Shown here one piece after another: positions 1 through 14,330 of a DNA stretch of 64,000 nt (its first letter is position 1; each line of letters opens with the position of its first letter). The stretch is from Takakia lepidozioides. Taxonomy: Eukaryota > Plantae > Bryophyta. Location: positions 55,552,001-55,616,000 of the forward strand of contig CM060734.1 in the NCBI GenBank assembly GCA_030704615.1, in the 5' to 3' direction. The notes under the pieces are model-generated. The model made no database searches, was not told the DNA's origin, and saw nothing but the letters and a program-made list of their open reading frames with translations. The position numbers were made by a program, and so were the translations under genes.

Positions 1-1796
1 TAGTACCCATAGATTTTCCCTAGTTGATCCTTTAGACCAGATCCGAGGCAGAATATTTGTAGGGCCTGCATCGTTGTATCAATGTGGCTTGGGTTGAGTT
101 GTCCAACAACAGGATGTGTGTCATCGGCGTACATAGATAGTTTGACCATCTCCGGCAAAAAATGTAAGGAGATGGAGGCCCACGATGTCATGTCTTGCTT
201 CAAAGAGATGCCCAAGAGAGTCGGCGCAATCAGAAAAAAAAAAAAAAAAAAAACAGGGTGCCAGGGGGCTACCCTTGCCTGACCGACCGAGAGATTGGAA
301 AGGCATGGATATGACACCATTACCATGACCTTACTGGAAGCCGACTGCCAGGCAAATGCTTAACCCAGACAAGAAATGACCATCCAGACTTGTGCTTCCA
401 GAGCAGCTAGGAGCACACTACACAAAAAACCGGTTTTCCAACACCACCCATAGTTCACACCTGGCACTTTGAACAACTCCTCTTACACCCTGTGAGAGGA
501 GGCAAGGTGTGATCTGGACCATTGTAGGAAAACCCACATGGTGTTTACAAAAATTCACACTCGAATGACACCCATATGGTCAAAGGGTGTTGACCAAGAT
601 AATGCATATGGTGGGCAATTGACATGAGTGTGAAATGAGTCATGGAGTGTGAGGTTAGTGTGAGATGACCTACGGAATGTTGGGGCAAACTATATGGCGT
701 GGCACATTGAACATCCAGGTGGAAGATAGATAGATGAAATGACTTCCACCTCTATTCAACATGCCTTGGACGGACATAACACATAAACTTTTGTTTAGAG
801 AATTTAAAAGTTCAAAAATGTTATTAGGGTTAGGGGTCTGCATGTAGAGGGAGTGTGGGACTGTAGTTTTCTTTGCCGGCTCGTTTAGAATCTGAATGCC
901 CACCAGTGTAGGCCATCATTTAAGTTGATGCCAAATGCATTTTCATCCAAACATCAAAGCTCTCAAAATAGACAACCTCAAGTAAAATGAGAAGGAGATC
1001 GGAGAGAACCGAAGGGCATAGAATTTCCTTCATATTGAACACTGCCTGCAACTATTGGCTATAACTTGCCCTCTGTCCTGTCACATATAATCCCTTCGGG
1101 AACCAGCAATCCAAAAAGATGCACTGCTCATGCAGCTGACGACAATATCGTTATGAGAATGTCACACTATAATCAACAATGTACAACAATTGCTTTGAGA
1201 AGCTATAGAATAAAAACTACCTCATGTCGTCTCAGAGATTGGTGAGCGCCAAAAATGTCAATCCCATTTTTGTCCAGTCAACCTTGACACGCAGTTCGGG
1301 ACACGCAGCAGAGAGGGCGTAGGCGCATGTGCACAACAACCCTAGGCCCCTCACAATGAGACAGTCTGAAGCTGAGCTGAGCACGAATTTTCAATCTCTA
1401 CTAGTCCAACCGTACTAGAGAAATATCCAGTGATCCTCAGACAAGGCTTTCTTCACCACCTTACAAAAAATTGTTCCAATGACTACCTCCCTGTCCAAAC
1501 ATGTTGCTTGATGTCGAGAAGCTTGGACAAGTGCCTTGCTCTTTGTGACTGGCTCCCTTTTTGAGACACGCAGGGTTTTTTTTTTGCCGGGTGTACTTCA
1601 CTCACAACCGTCTTTTTTACACTACGTCCGGGATATCAATGATCGCCCAGCCTAAATTTTCCCCACCCTATCAAGCGCCAGTGTTTTTAACTAGTGCTTT
1701 TCAACTCGTCTGCTGAGGGGCCCACTTTCTCCCCTCTACTGGTACATGTCAAAATCACTCCAAGAGCCATAGTGTTGGAAAACTCGCATTTTCGCA

Positions 1797-3472
1797 TCCT
1801 TGATGCTCCCACATTGGCATACATGTCCACGAGGGCACTGTCAGAATCACAATCAGGTAAAATTCCAGCTTGACAATGAAACCATGGACCTGATCTTCCC
1901 TTTCCAGAGCTGGCAAGCTTGCCCTTGATGCTCCCACATTTGGCGTACATGTCCACGAGGGCATTGTTCAGAATCACATCAGGTACAATTCCAGCTTGGA
2001 CATGATGAAACCATGGACCTCTTCCCTTTCCAGATGCTGCCAGGGCTTGCCCTTCATGCTGACACACTTTGGCATACATTCACGAGGGCATATTGTCCAG
2101 AATCACATCAGTATAATCCACCTTTGACAAATGAAACCATGGACCCTCCCTTTTCCAGAGCTGCCAGGCTTGCCCTTGATGCTCCCACATTTGGCATACC
2201 ATGTCCAAGAGGGGATTGTCCAGAATCACAGTCAGGTACAATTCTAGCTTTGACAATGAAACCATGGACCTGATCGGACCTTTCCAGAGCTGGCAGGCTT
2301 GCCATTGATGCTCCCCATGTTTGGCATACATGTCCACGAGGGCATTGTCCAGAAGCACAGTCAGGTACATTCAGATTTGACAATGACGCGATGGACTAAT
2401 CGGAAAATTTTTCCAGAGCTGGCAGGCTTGCCATTGATGCTCCCATGTTTGGCATAATGTCCACGAGGGCATTGTCCAAAATCACCATCACGTACAATGC
2501 AAGCTTTGACAATGAAACCAATAGACCTGATCTTCCTTTCCAGAGCTGGCAGGCTTGCCCTTGATGCCCCACATTTGGCGTACATGTCCACGAGGGCATT
2601 GTCCAGAATCACAATCACGTATAATGCAAGCTTTGAACAATGAAACCATAGACCTGATCTTCCCTTTCCCAGAGCTGGCAGGCTTGCCCTTGCATGCTCC
2701 CACACTTTGGCATACATGTCCACGAGGGGCATTGTCCAGAATCACAATCACCTACAATGCAAGCTTTGACAATGAAACCACAGAACCTGATCTTCCATTT
2801 CCCAGAGCTGGCAGGCTTGCCCTTCATTTGCTCCCACATTTGGCATACATGTCCACAGGGCATTGTCCAGAATCACAATCAGGTTGAAAAATTCCAGCTT
2901 AGACAATGAAAACCAGGACTTGATCTTCCCTTTTCCAGAGCTGGCAGGCTTGCCCTTGATGCTCCACATTTGGTATCCCTAAAGCATGGACCTAATCTTC
3001 CCTTTCCAGAGCTGCCAGGCTTGCCCTTCATGCTAACAACATTTGGCATACATGTCCAACGAGGGCATTGTCCAGAATCACAGCCAGGTACAATTCCAGC
3101 TTTGACAATGAAACCCATGGACCGATCTTCCCTTTTTCCAGAGCTCCCAGTCTTGCCCTTCATGCTGAAACATTTGGAATACATGTCCACGGGGGCGGGC
3201 ATTGTCTCGAATCACATCAGGTATAATTCCAGCTTTTGACAATGAAACCATGGACCTCTTCCTTTTCCAGAGCTGCCAAGCTTGCCCTTGATGCTCGCAC
3301 ATTTGGCATACTTGTTCCACGAGGGCACTGTCCAGAATCACAATCAGGTAACATTCCAGCTTTGACAATGAAACCATGGACCTGATCAGAACCTTTTCCA
3401 GAGCTGGCAGGCTTGCCCTTGATGCTCCCACATTTGCATACATATCCACGAGGGATTGTCAAAAAAATCACA
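1797..3472 (-). repeat. Tandem array of ~14 degenerate ~125-130 bp units derived from a PLS-class PPR coding fragment
   Basis: Recurring unit translating in shifting frames to [40 protein letters not shown], the typical L-to-S motif junction of PLS PPR proteins. The ccagagctg anchor recurs about every 126-134 bp, with one short unit near 2970. Many indels and no continuous ORF. Confidence 0.9.
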
Positions 3473-4106
3473 TAGTAATTCCAAAAATGGGCCCTCTTGG
3501 ATGAATCTGGGCCCAACACTCTATCCTGCTCCTTCAGCTATCCATGCCTCTCACAAATCATGCATACATCTTTGCTCTTGCTTGGTAGCAATTGACAATA
3601 AACAGCCTAATTTGTTCTAGGAAACACCCAACTCAACTTCTCACACAGTTCCTATGCTCAATTGCATCTGCTACTCTCTATAATCCCACATTGCATTCAC
3701 CTTTTTGCCACAATTGGCCCACCATTGACTAGGGTCAGCAAAGTATGCAGGCCACACTCAATGACTGTTTAGGGTTCAATGTCACAAATGAAAGTGTGTT
3801 TTGTCAGAATTTTGCACCCCAACAGCTCAGTCACTCCCACCCATGCAAGGTACCATGCTGTATAAGTTTAAACCCTGGAAAAAATACATGCAATAGCAGG
3901 AAACCAACTCTAGACCATAGCCACAACTGGCCTGGTACCCCATGTGGAGCTTGCCTCCGCCTTCTACCATTTTGCCCTGCCTTGCAAGTGCATTAAAGTT
4001 GGCAATGGCCACAATTCATCTGCCTCACTCAAGGAACACAAACAGCAAGCTCAGTCATGATGTTATAAGGAATTTCAGGAGGCACCATGCCTACATAAGG
4101 TCTCCC

Positions 4107-7100
4107 TCACCCAGTTGCCACTTCTGTATATCGTGAACCACCGTTCGGGATCGAGGGTCCCTTGTGAAGGACCACCTTCCAGTTCCTCGTGAACTTTTTC
4201 ATCCGACGAAAAAAAACTTGCTCCAACCTGACTAGGGAATGCCAGGGCTGCTCCATCCGAGGTAACATGCGACTGAAGTCAACCAAGAGAAAGCCATAAT
4301 CATCTCGTTTCATGGTGGCGATTCCGGCCCACCATGTGTGACCTCAACCCATCTACACAAGAACAGAATTGGGTGAAGAATTCCGTAATCCAGTTGAATT
4401 ATTTCTGTTACAACACCCACATATTCCAATTGGGATAACACTCGTTTGGACATACCTGCTCTATTTTCGCTTTCCTGATGGAATACTTGAGCAACTCCAG
4501 AATCAAATGTCACCCTATCTGTGGCGCCAATCCCATCACGTATTGCTCGAAAGTGATTGCCGTAAGCATACATGGACTTGAAGCCTAAGGACTGTACTGC
4601 TGGTGGTATACATAAATGGCATATGTCCAAATCATAGGACTCACCTGAACTCACCTTGTGTTGGACAGCACCTTCAATCCATTCATGGAATGGAGCCAGT
4701 AAGCGCATATCTGTTGGGTATGGAATTTCTCCATTGTGGTGGTCTTGGTCTTGTCCACAAAGGAATGCTATTCTGAACTCAGTGCCGGATGCTTCTATGA
4801 GTGCCATCTCCTCTTCATAGGCCCTGTCCAAATGAGAATTGCAAATTAGGATTACAGCTTATACCATTGGCAAAAATGAAACACACAGGATATGATAAGC
4901 AACATACTTACTCAAGGAATGGTTTCATGCAATCTGTGTTGTGCAAAATATACTCGTGTGCACTGTCTCGTTCTTGAATGGTGAGGACTCGTACACTTCC
5001 CAATCCTTGAACCACCTCCCCACTAACTGAGTCTTCTTCATTGGAGTCCCACACCCTTCGGCTTGTAGCATGAAATTCAGCCATATACTCAGTTAGAAAC
5101 CCTAGGGCCTCATCCAAAGCATACCCTTCCGCCATGCTCCCTTCAGGTCACCTCATATTCCTTACATAGCCTTTTAATGTCTTCATATACCGTTCCATAG
5201 GATACATCCAACGGCTAGACACGGGACCACACACCTCCAATTCGTCCACAAGGTGTACAAGCAAGTGAGTCATGATATCAAAAAATGACGGAGGGAATTC
5301 TTTCTCCAGCAGACACATAGTGATTGCAACATCTTCTTTTAAGGCCGGTAGCTCAGTTGGATTAATGATCTTTGCACACACTTTTCGGAAGACTCGAGAA
5401 AGCCTCATAATTGCCATCCGTGGACCCTTTCCCAATACCCCTCGAATGCAAAGAGGTAAAATCTGCTGCATCATTACATGGTAGTCATGGGTTTTCATTG
5501 TAGACAGTTTATTGTCAGCCACATGTTTCTGGAATGTGGCAGCATAACCTGTGGGGGCCTTTACTGCAGCCAATGTTTCCAAAAACAACACCTCTTCAGT
5601 AAGAACATATGGGGCCAAAGGCTTCACCAACTTGTTCGGGTGAGAGGGATGGGGTTTCAACCACAAGTGTTCACGAATGACATTGAGTTCCATATCCTTC
5701 CTAGATGTGGTTGTGTCCTTCTCCCCAAGAATGGTTCTCAGCACATTCTCACACAAATTTTTTCACAATGCATCACATCCAGTGTGTATCGCATGAGTAA
5801 GTCTTTCCAGTATGGCAATTGGTTCAAAACAGTGACCCGTTTCATGCCATGTTCCTTTGAAGGGTCATGTTTTCCCCCCTCAGCCCCTCCCATTGCGAGA
5901 TACAACTCTCTGGTTTTAGCCCGGTCAAATTGCTCACTTGCAGTGACCACCATAGGAGCTGCTCTATATTCCACATGTCCATTAAAGTGGGACGAGTTAT
6001 TCCTATAGGGATGAACAGCAGGCAAGTATCTCCTATGACCAAGATACAAAACTTTTTTGCATGCCTTCGAGTACCTGGAATCAACATTAGGGCCGCAAGC
6101 TGGGCAAGCCTTGTATCCCCCGTGTGTGCATCCTGCTAGCAACCCATAAGCTGGAAAGTCGTGGATTGACCACATCAAGATGGCCCTCATGCGAAATGAC
6201 TGTTGCCCCACTAGGCTACTTCCATCCAATGCCTCCACACCAACTTCCCACAACAATTTTAGCTCATCCACAAGGGGCTGCAGATAAACATCTGCATTGT
6301 CATTTCCCATAGATTGTGGTCCAGGAATCAATAAAGCCAACATCGTGAAAAATGGCTTAGTACACAGCCATGGTGGAAGATTATAGTTTACCAACATGAC
6401 AGGCCAAGTTGACCATTTGTTTGATTTATCACTGTAAGGATTGACACCATCCCATGCGAGACCCAATCGCAGATTTCTGGGGTCCGCTGCAAACTCAGGC
6501 CATTTTTGGTCAATGTGGGCCCAAGCCTTGCTGTCTGCTGGGTGCCTAACCAAGCCATCCAGACTTCGATTCTTAAAGTGCCATGACATTAACTCTGAGA
6601 TGGATTTGGCTTTATACATTCGAAGCAGCCTTGGAATGATAGGGAAATGTCGAAGGACCTTACGAGGTACTGGTGTCTTCTTTCCCACCACATAACGACG
6701 TGCCTGACATTTTGGACAAACCTCCAAATTCTGAAGCTCCCTTCTGAACAACACACAGCCTTTCGGACATGCATGTATACTCTCGTAATGAAGCCCGAGT
6801 TCCATTATGAGTTGTTTTGCCTCATAGTGGGACTTTGGCAGGCAATTGTCTGCTGGCAACAGTTGTCTTCCTAACAATGTAAGGAGTTCATCGACAAAGG
6901 TGTTTGACACACCATGGGTTTGACAAGCATTTAACAGCAGTAAGGTAGCAGACAATCGAGAGGAAGAACTCCCTACATATAAAGCCCTGGATGCCTCGTG
7001 CTCAAAACGTAAGGCACTCGCTGCACCACGATCACCATCGCTCTTCAGTCCACCATCAGTCTGCTCTGGCACTCCATCTGTGTCCCATTGGCCCTGTGTT

Positions 7101-7294
7101 CCATCTCCCGGTTCCTCATGTGCATCACCAGTTTGCACCCCATTATCTATAGTTGCGAATGTCTCCCGGAGCATTCTAAGCATGTCAAGATTATGATCCA
7201 AGGTATCAGGACCACCTGCAGGGCTGGTTTCCGTTCTAAACCCCTCATGTTCGTCTCCAGAGTTTTCTTGCTTAGTACATATCAGACGCCACAT
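4107..7294 (-). pseudogene. CACTA (En/Spm) transposase TnpD/Tnp2, frameshifted
   Basis: ORF 5738-7294 has IHACPKGC, LRHFPIIPRL, HPADSKAW, PRNLRLGLAWDGVNPY, YNLPPW, IHDFPAYG, ACPAC and LDVMHCEK. ORF 5148-5756 has MKTHDYHV, PPSFFDIMTHLLVHL and GPVSSRWMYPMERYM. Downstream pieces 4908-5135, 4310-4831 and 4107-4313 carry C-terminal DUF4216-like motifs (YVGVVTEII, LFLCRW, QVFF). Confidence 0.93.
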
Positions 7295-7929
7295 GTCAAT
7301 CCACTATAAGATGGGGAGTTTTTTCATTTGCAATAGTGGATGTGGAACGTGCCATTTGTACAGGCACGTGGCAATAGGAAAACGGACATGTGTAGTGTGA
7401 AAAGAAGGGGCGTGAATCCCCTTCTGGTTAATCCTAAATCTGTACTCCTCCTACTCGTCCCTGTTGAAGTATCAGGGCAAAGGAAAGGAGCGTTCTCTTT
7501 TCTGTCCAACCATCGTCATGAGGCTATATGGGTTTTTCCCTCAGGTTCGTTCGTGATCAGAGTTTGCAGAATCCTCATCCACGCCGCAGCGGAAGAGAAG
7601 ACATGGATGGGAGTCTTTGGTTTGTTCTTGCCCTCGGTTCTACTTCTATGCAACAGCCTGGCCCTATGCTCACTGCGCCAACAGTGTTGGCGTGATCTTT
7701 TCTGTGATGCAAGCAGCCCAATGGCAGCGGTGAATACGACCCTTAATGTGAACCCCCCTTGAGCAGTGACATGTCGGAAATCCCTTTTTGTAATGGTGAC
7801 ACAGATTTAGAGGGAGACAGCTCAGATCTTCATAAACTGCAGGGGCACTGGTTTTCCTTCAGGATTCATGCTTTCTTCATCTCAATCTCCCCAAGTTGGC
7901 CATCCCCCCATCAACCCATTTTGCTGAGC

Positions 7930-7964
<35 letters not shown>

Positions 7965-8131
7965 CCTTTTCTCGTCTGTTTCTCTATCTCTGTCTATGTC
8001 TACAGGCTCCTTACTTCTTCACATACAGCCCATCTATCACGTAATGCTAATGCACACTCCGCCAGGCATCCAGTGCAGCCAACCTTGAAGTCATCCTTGG
8101 TCTCACAAGGCAAAACCATCCCTTTCATCAG

Positions 8132-8162
<31 letters not shown>

Positions 8163-11126
8163 TCTCTCCGTCAATACTCAACCCTTCACACTACCCTTTT
8201 CTTTTAAAAGATCCCATTTCCCAAAACAGCTCTCATCCCTTCTTCAGATTCAACCTGAATACCCCAACATCTCTCTTTTCCTTTCAACAAAAGGGCTTAA
8301 GTCGTTCATATCCTGATACAATGCTGAAATCACACCTTATCCCTTTTGTGTTTTCATACAGTTCCAGCTAACCCTCAATTATCTCTCCAAGCAAACAAGC
8401 TATATGTACATTGGGTCCAGTGTATCACTACCCCCCAGCAGCATTGTGTGCAGGTTTACAACACTGAAACAAGAACAAGAATGAAGACAACAGTGACCAT
8501 TCTGTTTTCTGTGACAACAGTCTCTCTCTCTCTCTCTCTTCACTCATTTTTCTTACTGACACTACGACAGCAGGTGTATCCATTCCTTCCATGTTCTGGT
8601 TTGAAGTCCAGAGTCTCCATTCCATTTCCAAAAACCTTTCCTCTATCACATGTCTCCACCCTTTCCTTTCAACAAAAAGGGCAGTCCTAAATCTACCAAA
8701 AGCGATTTCTAAGTCCGCCAAAAGAAGAAGCCCACAGTCTACCAACTTATCTGTTTTTATCCTCCAGTGAAGCGGTGGGTCAGCCTGCCAAGATGGCACC
8801 TCACCATCGCCTGTCAGCAGCCACCACAACCTTTTCTCCTTGTCTTGATTCCAGAGTTTATCATGCCATGATGTCTCCTCATCATCCTATGGAGCATCCT
8901 GTGGTTTGCCAACTAAATTGCTCTATTCTTCTATGCATGTAGCTCTTTAAGAACTGAAATGGACCTATAGCAAGAAGACAAAAAAAGGCAGCTAGAAGCC
9001 TGATTACAGATAACCTGTGTTGCCATCCAGCCAGCACTCCACATGCCTTATCGCCTCCATTGACTGTGCTCAGATTCTCTTCCTTGTGCTTCTGGCAGGT
9101 GGCCGTTCTCCTTGCTTGCTCATCTGCCCATAACTGTCATCTTCAAGACAGTGGCGGCAGCGGTGGTGCGCCGCTCTCCTTACATGCTCCTATCTCCATG
9201 AATTGATCATCACAACGAGAAAGACGGCACCGCTTCCCTTTACACAGAATACCAAGCAGAGGCACTTAATGCTGCCCTCTAAACCAAGCAAAGTCCCACA
9301 GCGCAGGTACAGCCTCTCAACACAGACTGCCCTGTCAACACCACAGCTCGCGGCAGCTGCTACGAATCACCCGTCATCTTCCTCTTCGTTCTTCTTTCCT
9401 CGCGATTTTTAGGTTGAGCATCAGTGACGAAAACATTCATCGCATGGATGAAAAATGCATGGTCACGAGCCATTTTTATTTTGGCAACGCATGAGTACAG
9501 TATGCCCACAAAATTACCTGTATGGAGGGATATATCCCTCTTGCAGTTGGTATCAGGGCCCTCCCATTATAGTGATGCAGGGTCTTAACGGTGAAGCCAA
9601 AATGTAATGTCACTCCCGTGTATTCACACTACACATGTACAATACTCTACACCTTACAACAATACCGCTACCAGGAATTTGAATTGTTTCTTATAATTTC
9701 AAAGTATGCATCTGCAAAGGGAAGAGAATCCAGAGATATGTACCGGGAGTTCTCGTAAGTTAGGATCTCGCAAGTTCAAAAGTAGATGACGCTTAGCCCG
9801 GCCAATGGTTTGTCAATTCCCACCATGATAGGCATTGCATGGACATAGAATTTTCCGAAGACCCAGTCTTCTTGCTCGCGCTTCCTCTAGTTTCCACAAT
9901 CTGTCATCGTCATGTTCTGCTTGTGTCCGCCTTTGCAATCGATGGGCAGTAGGAGGGATCATCTTGACGAGTGAGTGAGACTCGTCAGGAAATGGAGACC
10001 CAAATAGAGTGTACAGAAGTTACACCAAGGCGCAAGCCTACAGCGAGGGGGGTAGAACGAGCAAAGCGTCAAGCGGAGAACAAGGCATTCTTCGCACGAC
10101 TGAAGATCTACAACATTGCAAAGAGGTCCAAACTTCGGTTTTTTTCATATCCCCTACCTAGCCCTAGCCATGAAACCGCATTAAAAGCTCCAAACCTGCA
10201 GAGAGGATATGTTAGGGTTTTGCAGCTGCTGACTTTGTCTTTCTTCTTCTTTGCAGCGTCGAAGAGAGCTTGAGTCGCCCTAAACGCCTCGTTGAGGAAA
10301 TCCTCAAACATACAGGTCCTCCTCGCCGAAGTCACAGAGTTCAACTCCTGCACTCTGCAATGTCACAAGGGGAGAAAGAGGTAGAGCAAGAGGAGGAAGC
10401 GCAGGTTCAAGCGGAGTCAGACACAGAGGAGGCACGAGAGCAAGAATTGCAGCGAGACCAAGATTATGCCGCACATGAAGACTTCAATGACACCAGCTCG
10501 GAGTCAGAGATGGAAACGATGAAAGAAGCCCCAACAAAGACAAAGCGCGCAAAGCACCCTACAAACTCCCCAACCCATCAGCAGGTTTTGCGATCTGCAC
10601 CAAAGTTCTGTCTCCATATGCATATGAAAAGGCAGTGAGGGTAAGAAACAATTGCAGCAAGGTTGTTGGGCATGAGTCTTGCATATGAATTTGGGTGGGA
10701 AAAGGCTCACTGGAATGTCAACTCTAATTGCCTTTTTTCTGGCTTGGTCTGGATTGTAATGAGGCCAACAGTTGTGGGGGTCATACTTCTTCTTCAACAA
10801 AGCCAGATAGACAATGCAGCACTAGAGGCACTTGAAGTCCTTACCCCTAAACCCTCCAACATCTCTTTGCCAATTCAACTTGTGGACCATGTGCCTTTGT
10901 TTTCAGCAATGTGAGTGTTGGTACTCTTATGGTATGCTTGACTCTCCTTCATGATGGTATATAAATGTTGCCTCTTTTTCCTTTTTCATCTTGAACCCAT
11001 AAACTGAGAATAGTGGTTTTGATTTGGTGATTGTCTCTCACCAATCCATGGACCAAGAAGAAGAACAACATGAACGGTAGTGACAAGCCACTTTGTCTAA
11101 CTTCATTTTCATCAGAGAGAGAGAGA

Positions 11127-12762
11127 TTGTACTCATAAGACGTTGTTTGCCGTAGCCTTGTGGACATTGACCCCGCGCCCAGTTTGAGTGGAACAAAAGG
11201 GACAGAACCTACCTCTGTCAGGGGCTGACGTTGGTAGTAAGACTTACCTTCATATATAGAATTAATTCGGGTTTTCCAGATATCCTCTAGAAATCCTTCT
11301 TGTATAGATTGACAATGACGCCCCTGTCACTAGCGAAAGGGGATCGTTTCAGTCTTCTAGATCAGGTTAAAGAGGAGAAGTAGGGATTGAATTCTGTCTT
11401 GAAGTTGATGGATTGAACCGTCTCTGCCAACGCCTGATTTATGTTGACAGCCTGCATGGGATCGCCACCGTGCTTGATAAGCTCGTTGACAATACCATCA
11501 GGTCCACCAGCTTTATATCCATTTAAATGTTCAATTGCTTCCACAATCTCAGAAGGACTAATGGGAGCGTTATAAGCCATTGAAATATACTCCAGTTCAT
11601 CAGGGCTGTTTTGCATCATAGGAACAGTTTTTCCAACTGTGTCCCTCCATTCAGTAGAAGACCCCTCACTGTTAGACCTAGAAGTTATGCCAAGGATACT
11701 GTAGTGAGTTTCAAAGGTTTTGACAATGTCAACCGATGAAGTCACCACTGCACCTTTAGTAGTCTTCAGCGCTTGTACTTGCTGACCGTTTTTCGGCTTG
11801 TACAAATGTTGAAGGGCCAACCAGAATTTCTTGTCATTACCACCATGGTGGTTTGAGTTTATTTCACTGTATAACTTGTCCTAGTATAATTTCTTCTGAG
11901 ACCTAACAAGCTGTTTGATATCTTTACGGAGCTGGTAGTACCTCGCCCACAATTCTCTGTTGGTTTCCAAATGCAGCACTCTTTATAGAGGGCTCGTCTC
12001 TCAGCTATCTTGAGTTTAATCTCATTGGTCCACCAATTATCAGCTCTACCATAGACAATTAGTTTCATCCCAATGATCTTGTCAACCACGGAGGAAACGA
12101 AACTCTCCCAAGAGTCCCCTGCTCTTTCGACTTCATTTCTTGCGTTATCAGAGCGAGACTGAAGTTCTTGGAGCGATTGGACAAAATGAGGGAGACCCTC
12201 TTGCAAGGGCTGGACATACTCAGCCTTGACCTCCTCATTATGGAGTTTTTCTATGCGCCACTTTCCGAATCGAATGTTTCCAATATCTCTTGGTGTTGGG
12301 AAAACACCTTGATCTCATTCCAAACCAGGAAATGGTCAGAGGTACCAATATCAGTTCTGTCGATCAACACATTGGCACACTGGGGGAACAAATTTTTGTC
12401 CATTATGATATAATCCACAATGGAACGTTCCCCAGTTTGGGATTTCTCACGAGTCCACTGCACTTGGTCACCTCTTGTCCTGTTATTCAAGGTCAAAAGC
12501 TGAAGATCTTCTAGATAGTTAATTAACCGTCTGCCATTAGAATTCAGTTCGTCCTCACCAAAAGGTCCAATGATATCGTCCTGATGGAGCCCTTTGCCCA
12601 CCCGGGCATTGAAGTCACCCAATAGCACCACCTGACCTTGGCAAGGAACGAAGCACAGTCCAGCTTTACATCTTCGAAGGCTTTGTCTGCATCAGCTAGT
12701 GAGCGTCCCCTCTGTGGGCATGTAAACACAACCCACAAAGAGGTCCTTCGTCCTCAAGACTT
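11127..12762 (-). mobile_element. APE-RT LINE copy, 5'-truncated and internally deleted
   Basis: The 3' end matches the other copies (...CTTATGAGTACAA + TC repeat). Endonuclease motifs LLGDFNARVG, IVDYI and SDH are present. Near 11300 the 3' end is joined directly to the pre-RT region, so most of RT is missing. Flanked by tcagagaga on both sides. Confidence 0.9.
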
Positions 12763-12790
12763 TCAGAGAGAGAGAGAGAGAGAGAGAGAG

Positions 12791-14330
12791 AATGCACTCC
12801 TGAGAAGTTGCTTATCATAGCCTTGTGGCCACAGACCTTGCCCGTGCCCAGCAGAACAAGAGGGAACAGACATGAGGGGCTCACTCTAGTAGTAGGACTT
12901 ACCGTGTTATAAACATTAGTTCAGGCTTTCCAGATTCCTTTTAGAAAGCCCTTCACACAAGCATCAATATGTTGTATGTGGGCTACCAAGCAATGAGACC
13001 CCAACAAGGCCACCGCTTTAGACTCAGCCTTGAGATATTGAAAGTTGGTGAACAGAGGTGCGGGGACTATGTTCTTGATGGTCCTGAAGAGGGTCGCTCT
13101 CTGATGAGAATACCCCGGACTTGTATCAGAAAATGGACATTGTCTTCAGGCCACCCACACCAGTGAGCATTGATAATCTCCCTTTCCCCTCTGCATCTGT
13201 TTATTGTTAAAAGGTAGACTCCCCATCCTGAGGTAAAATTTTCAGTCTAGTGCCACGGGTAGGTCTGCCCTTCAGATCATCCTCAAAGTCCTCACCCATG
13301 TCACAAACTGGAAACGAGTTCAGGGAAGTTTATGCCTAACATTGTTTTGTTCGGACATTCTTCATGCTTTTGACATGGCCTTAGACACTTCAGCCTCCAC
13401 GTCAGATTCATCTAGCAGGGTGAGTTCTTCCTTCCTAATATTCAGGTATTTATCATAGGGTCGCTGGTATGAGGCATGCGATTCAGCTGACTGTACCATC
13501 TGACCTTGAACTCATCATGTTGAGAGGTCAAGTTCACAACCTGCATGCGAACACCAAAGCTTGTGTTGTGGTCAATAGCGAGAAGTCTAAGATTTGGGTT
13601 ACAGATGGGTGATGCCGCCATACCAGCACTTATGAAGAGATCAGGCCTTATCAGGCCTTGGAGTACACATCTGCCGTGTGGGTTGGCCAACTCCAATCAT
13701 GCTAAAACTTTAGAATCCATTCAGCTTTTGGTGCTCAAAGAGAGCATGTCAGCGCGTGCACCATAAGATGTCAAGGAAGGAAACCTTTGTAGAAGGAAGG
13801 TGTCGTTCTAGGACAGAGGTTTCCTTAGAGGTTTCTTTCTTTTTTCCTTCCTTGAATAGGCCAGCTCAGGGACATGGTTGACACAGCCCCCAGGAGGCCT
13901 GCCTCACCTTCATGGAAAACACTTCCAGACTCCAAATCAACCTCAAGATGGGTGCTTATTATCCTACAGAACAGCTTGCAAACTGTGGTAAGAAGTGTAA
14001 TGCTACGGTAGTTCCTAGGCTTGTCATCTGTCACCTTCATATTGACACTGACACCCTCTCTCCAGCGAAAGGTATCATTTCAGTCTTCCAAATAAGGTCC
14101 CAGAGGAGTGCAAGGGCATCTACCATATGATCACACCAGGCTTGACAATCGTATCAGACACACAAACTTTATTGCCCTTTAGATGTTCTATTGCTTCAGC
14201 AATCTCAGAAGAACTAATGGGCACGTTGTACCCCTTTGTGATGCACTCCAGTTTTTCAGGGTTGTCTTGGATTGTAGACAGTCATTTCCAACTGTACCCT
14301 TCCATTCTTTAGAAGACTCCTCACTGTTTA
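12791..14330 (-). mobile_element. Older, degenerate relative of the same LINE family
   Basis: Diverged 3' end next to a (GA)n tract. Remnants include DEFKVRWYSQL, NYRSITLLTTVCKLFCRII and EAIEHLKG. Contains an internally inverted piece near 13600-13760. Confidence 0.8.

Noticed and set aside
416-1696. CACTA at 416 and TAGTG at 1692-1696 as a complete CACTA element
   Set aside because: The termini match only loosely and the 3-bp flanks differ (GCA vs CTT). Either could be one end of a larger element, but I cannot pair them.
1687-3519. Functional PPR protein gene
   Set aside because: No continuous ORF, one unit repeated out of motif register, and no E/DYW domain nearby.
9971-10914. Acidic/basic ORFs as a separate gene
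   Set aside because: No recognisable domain; they may be upstream exons of the CACTA accessory gene, but this cannot be supported from the sequence alone.
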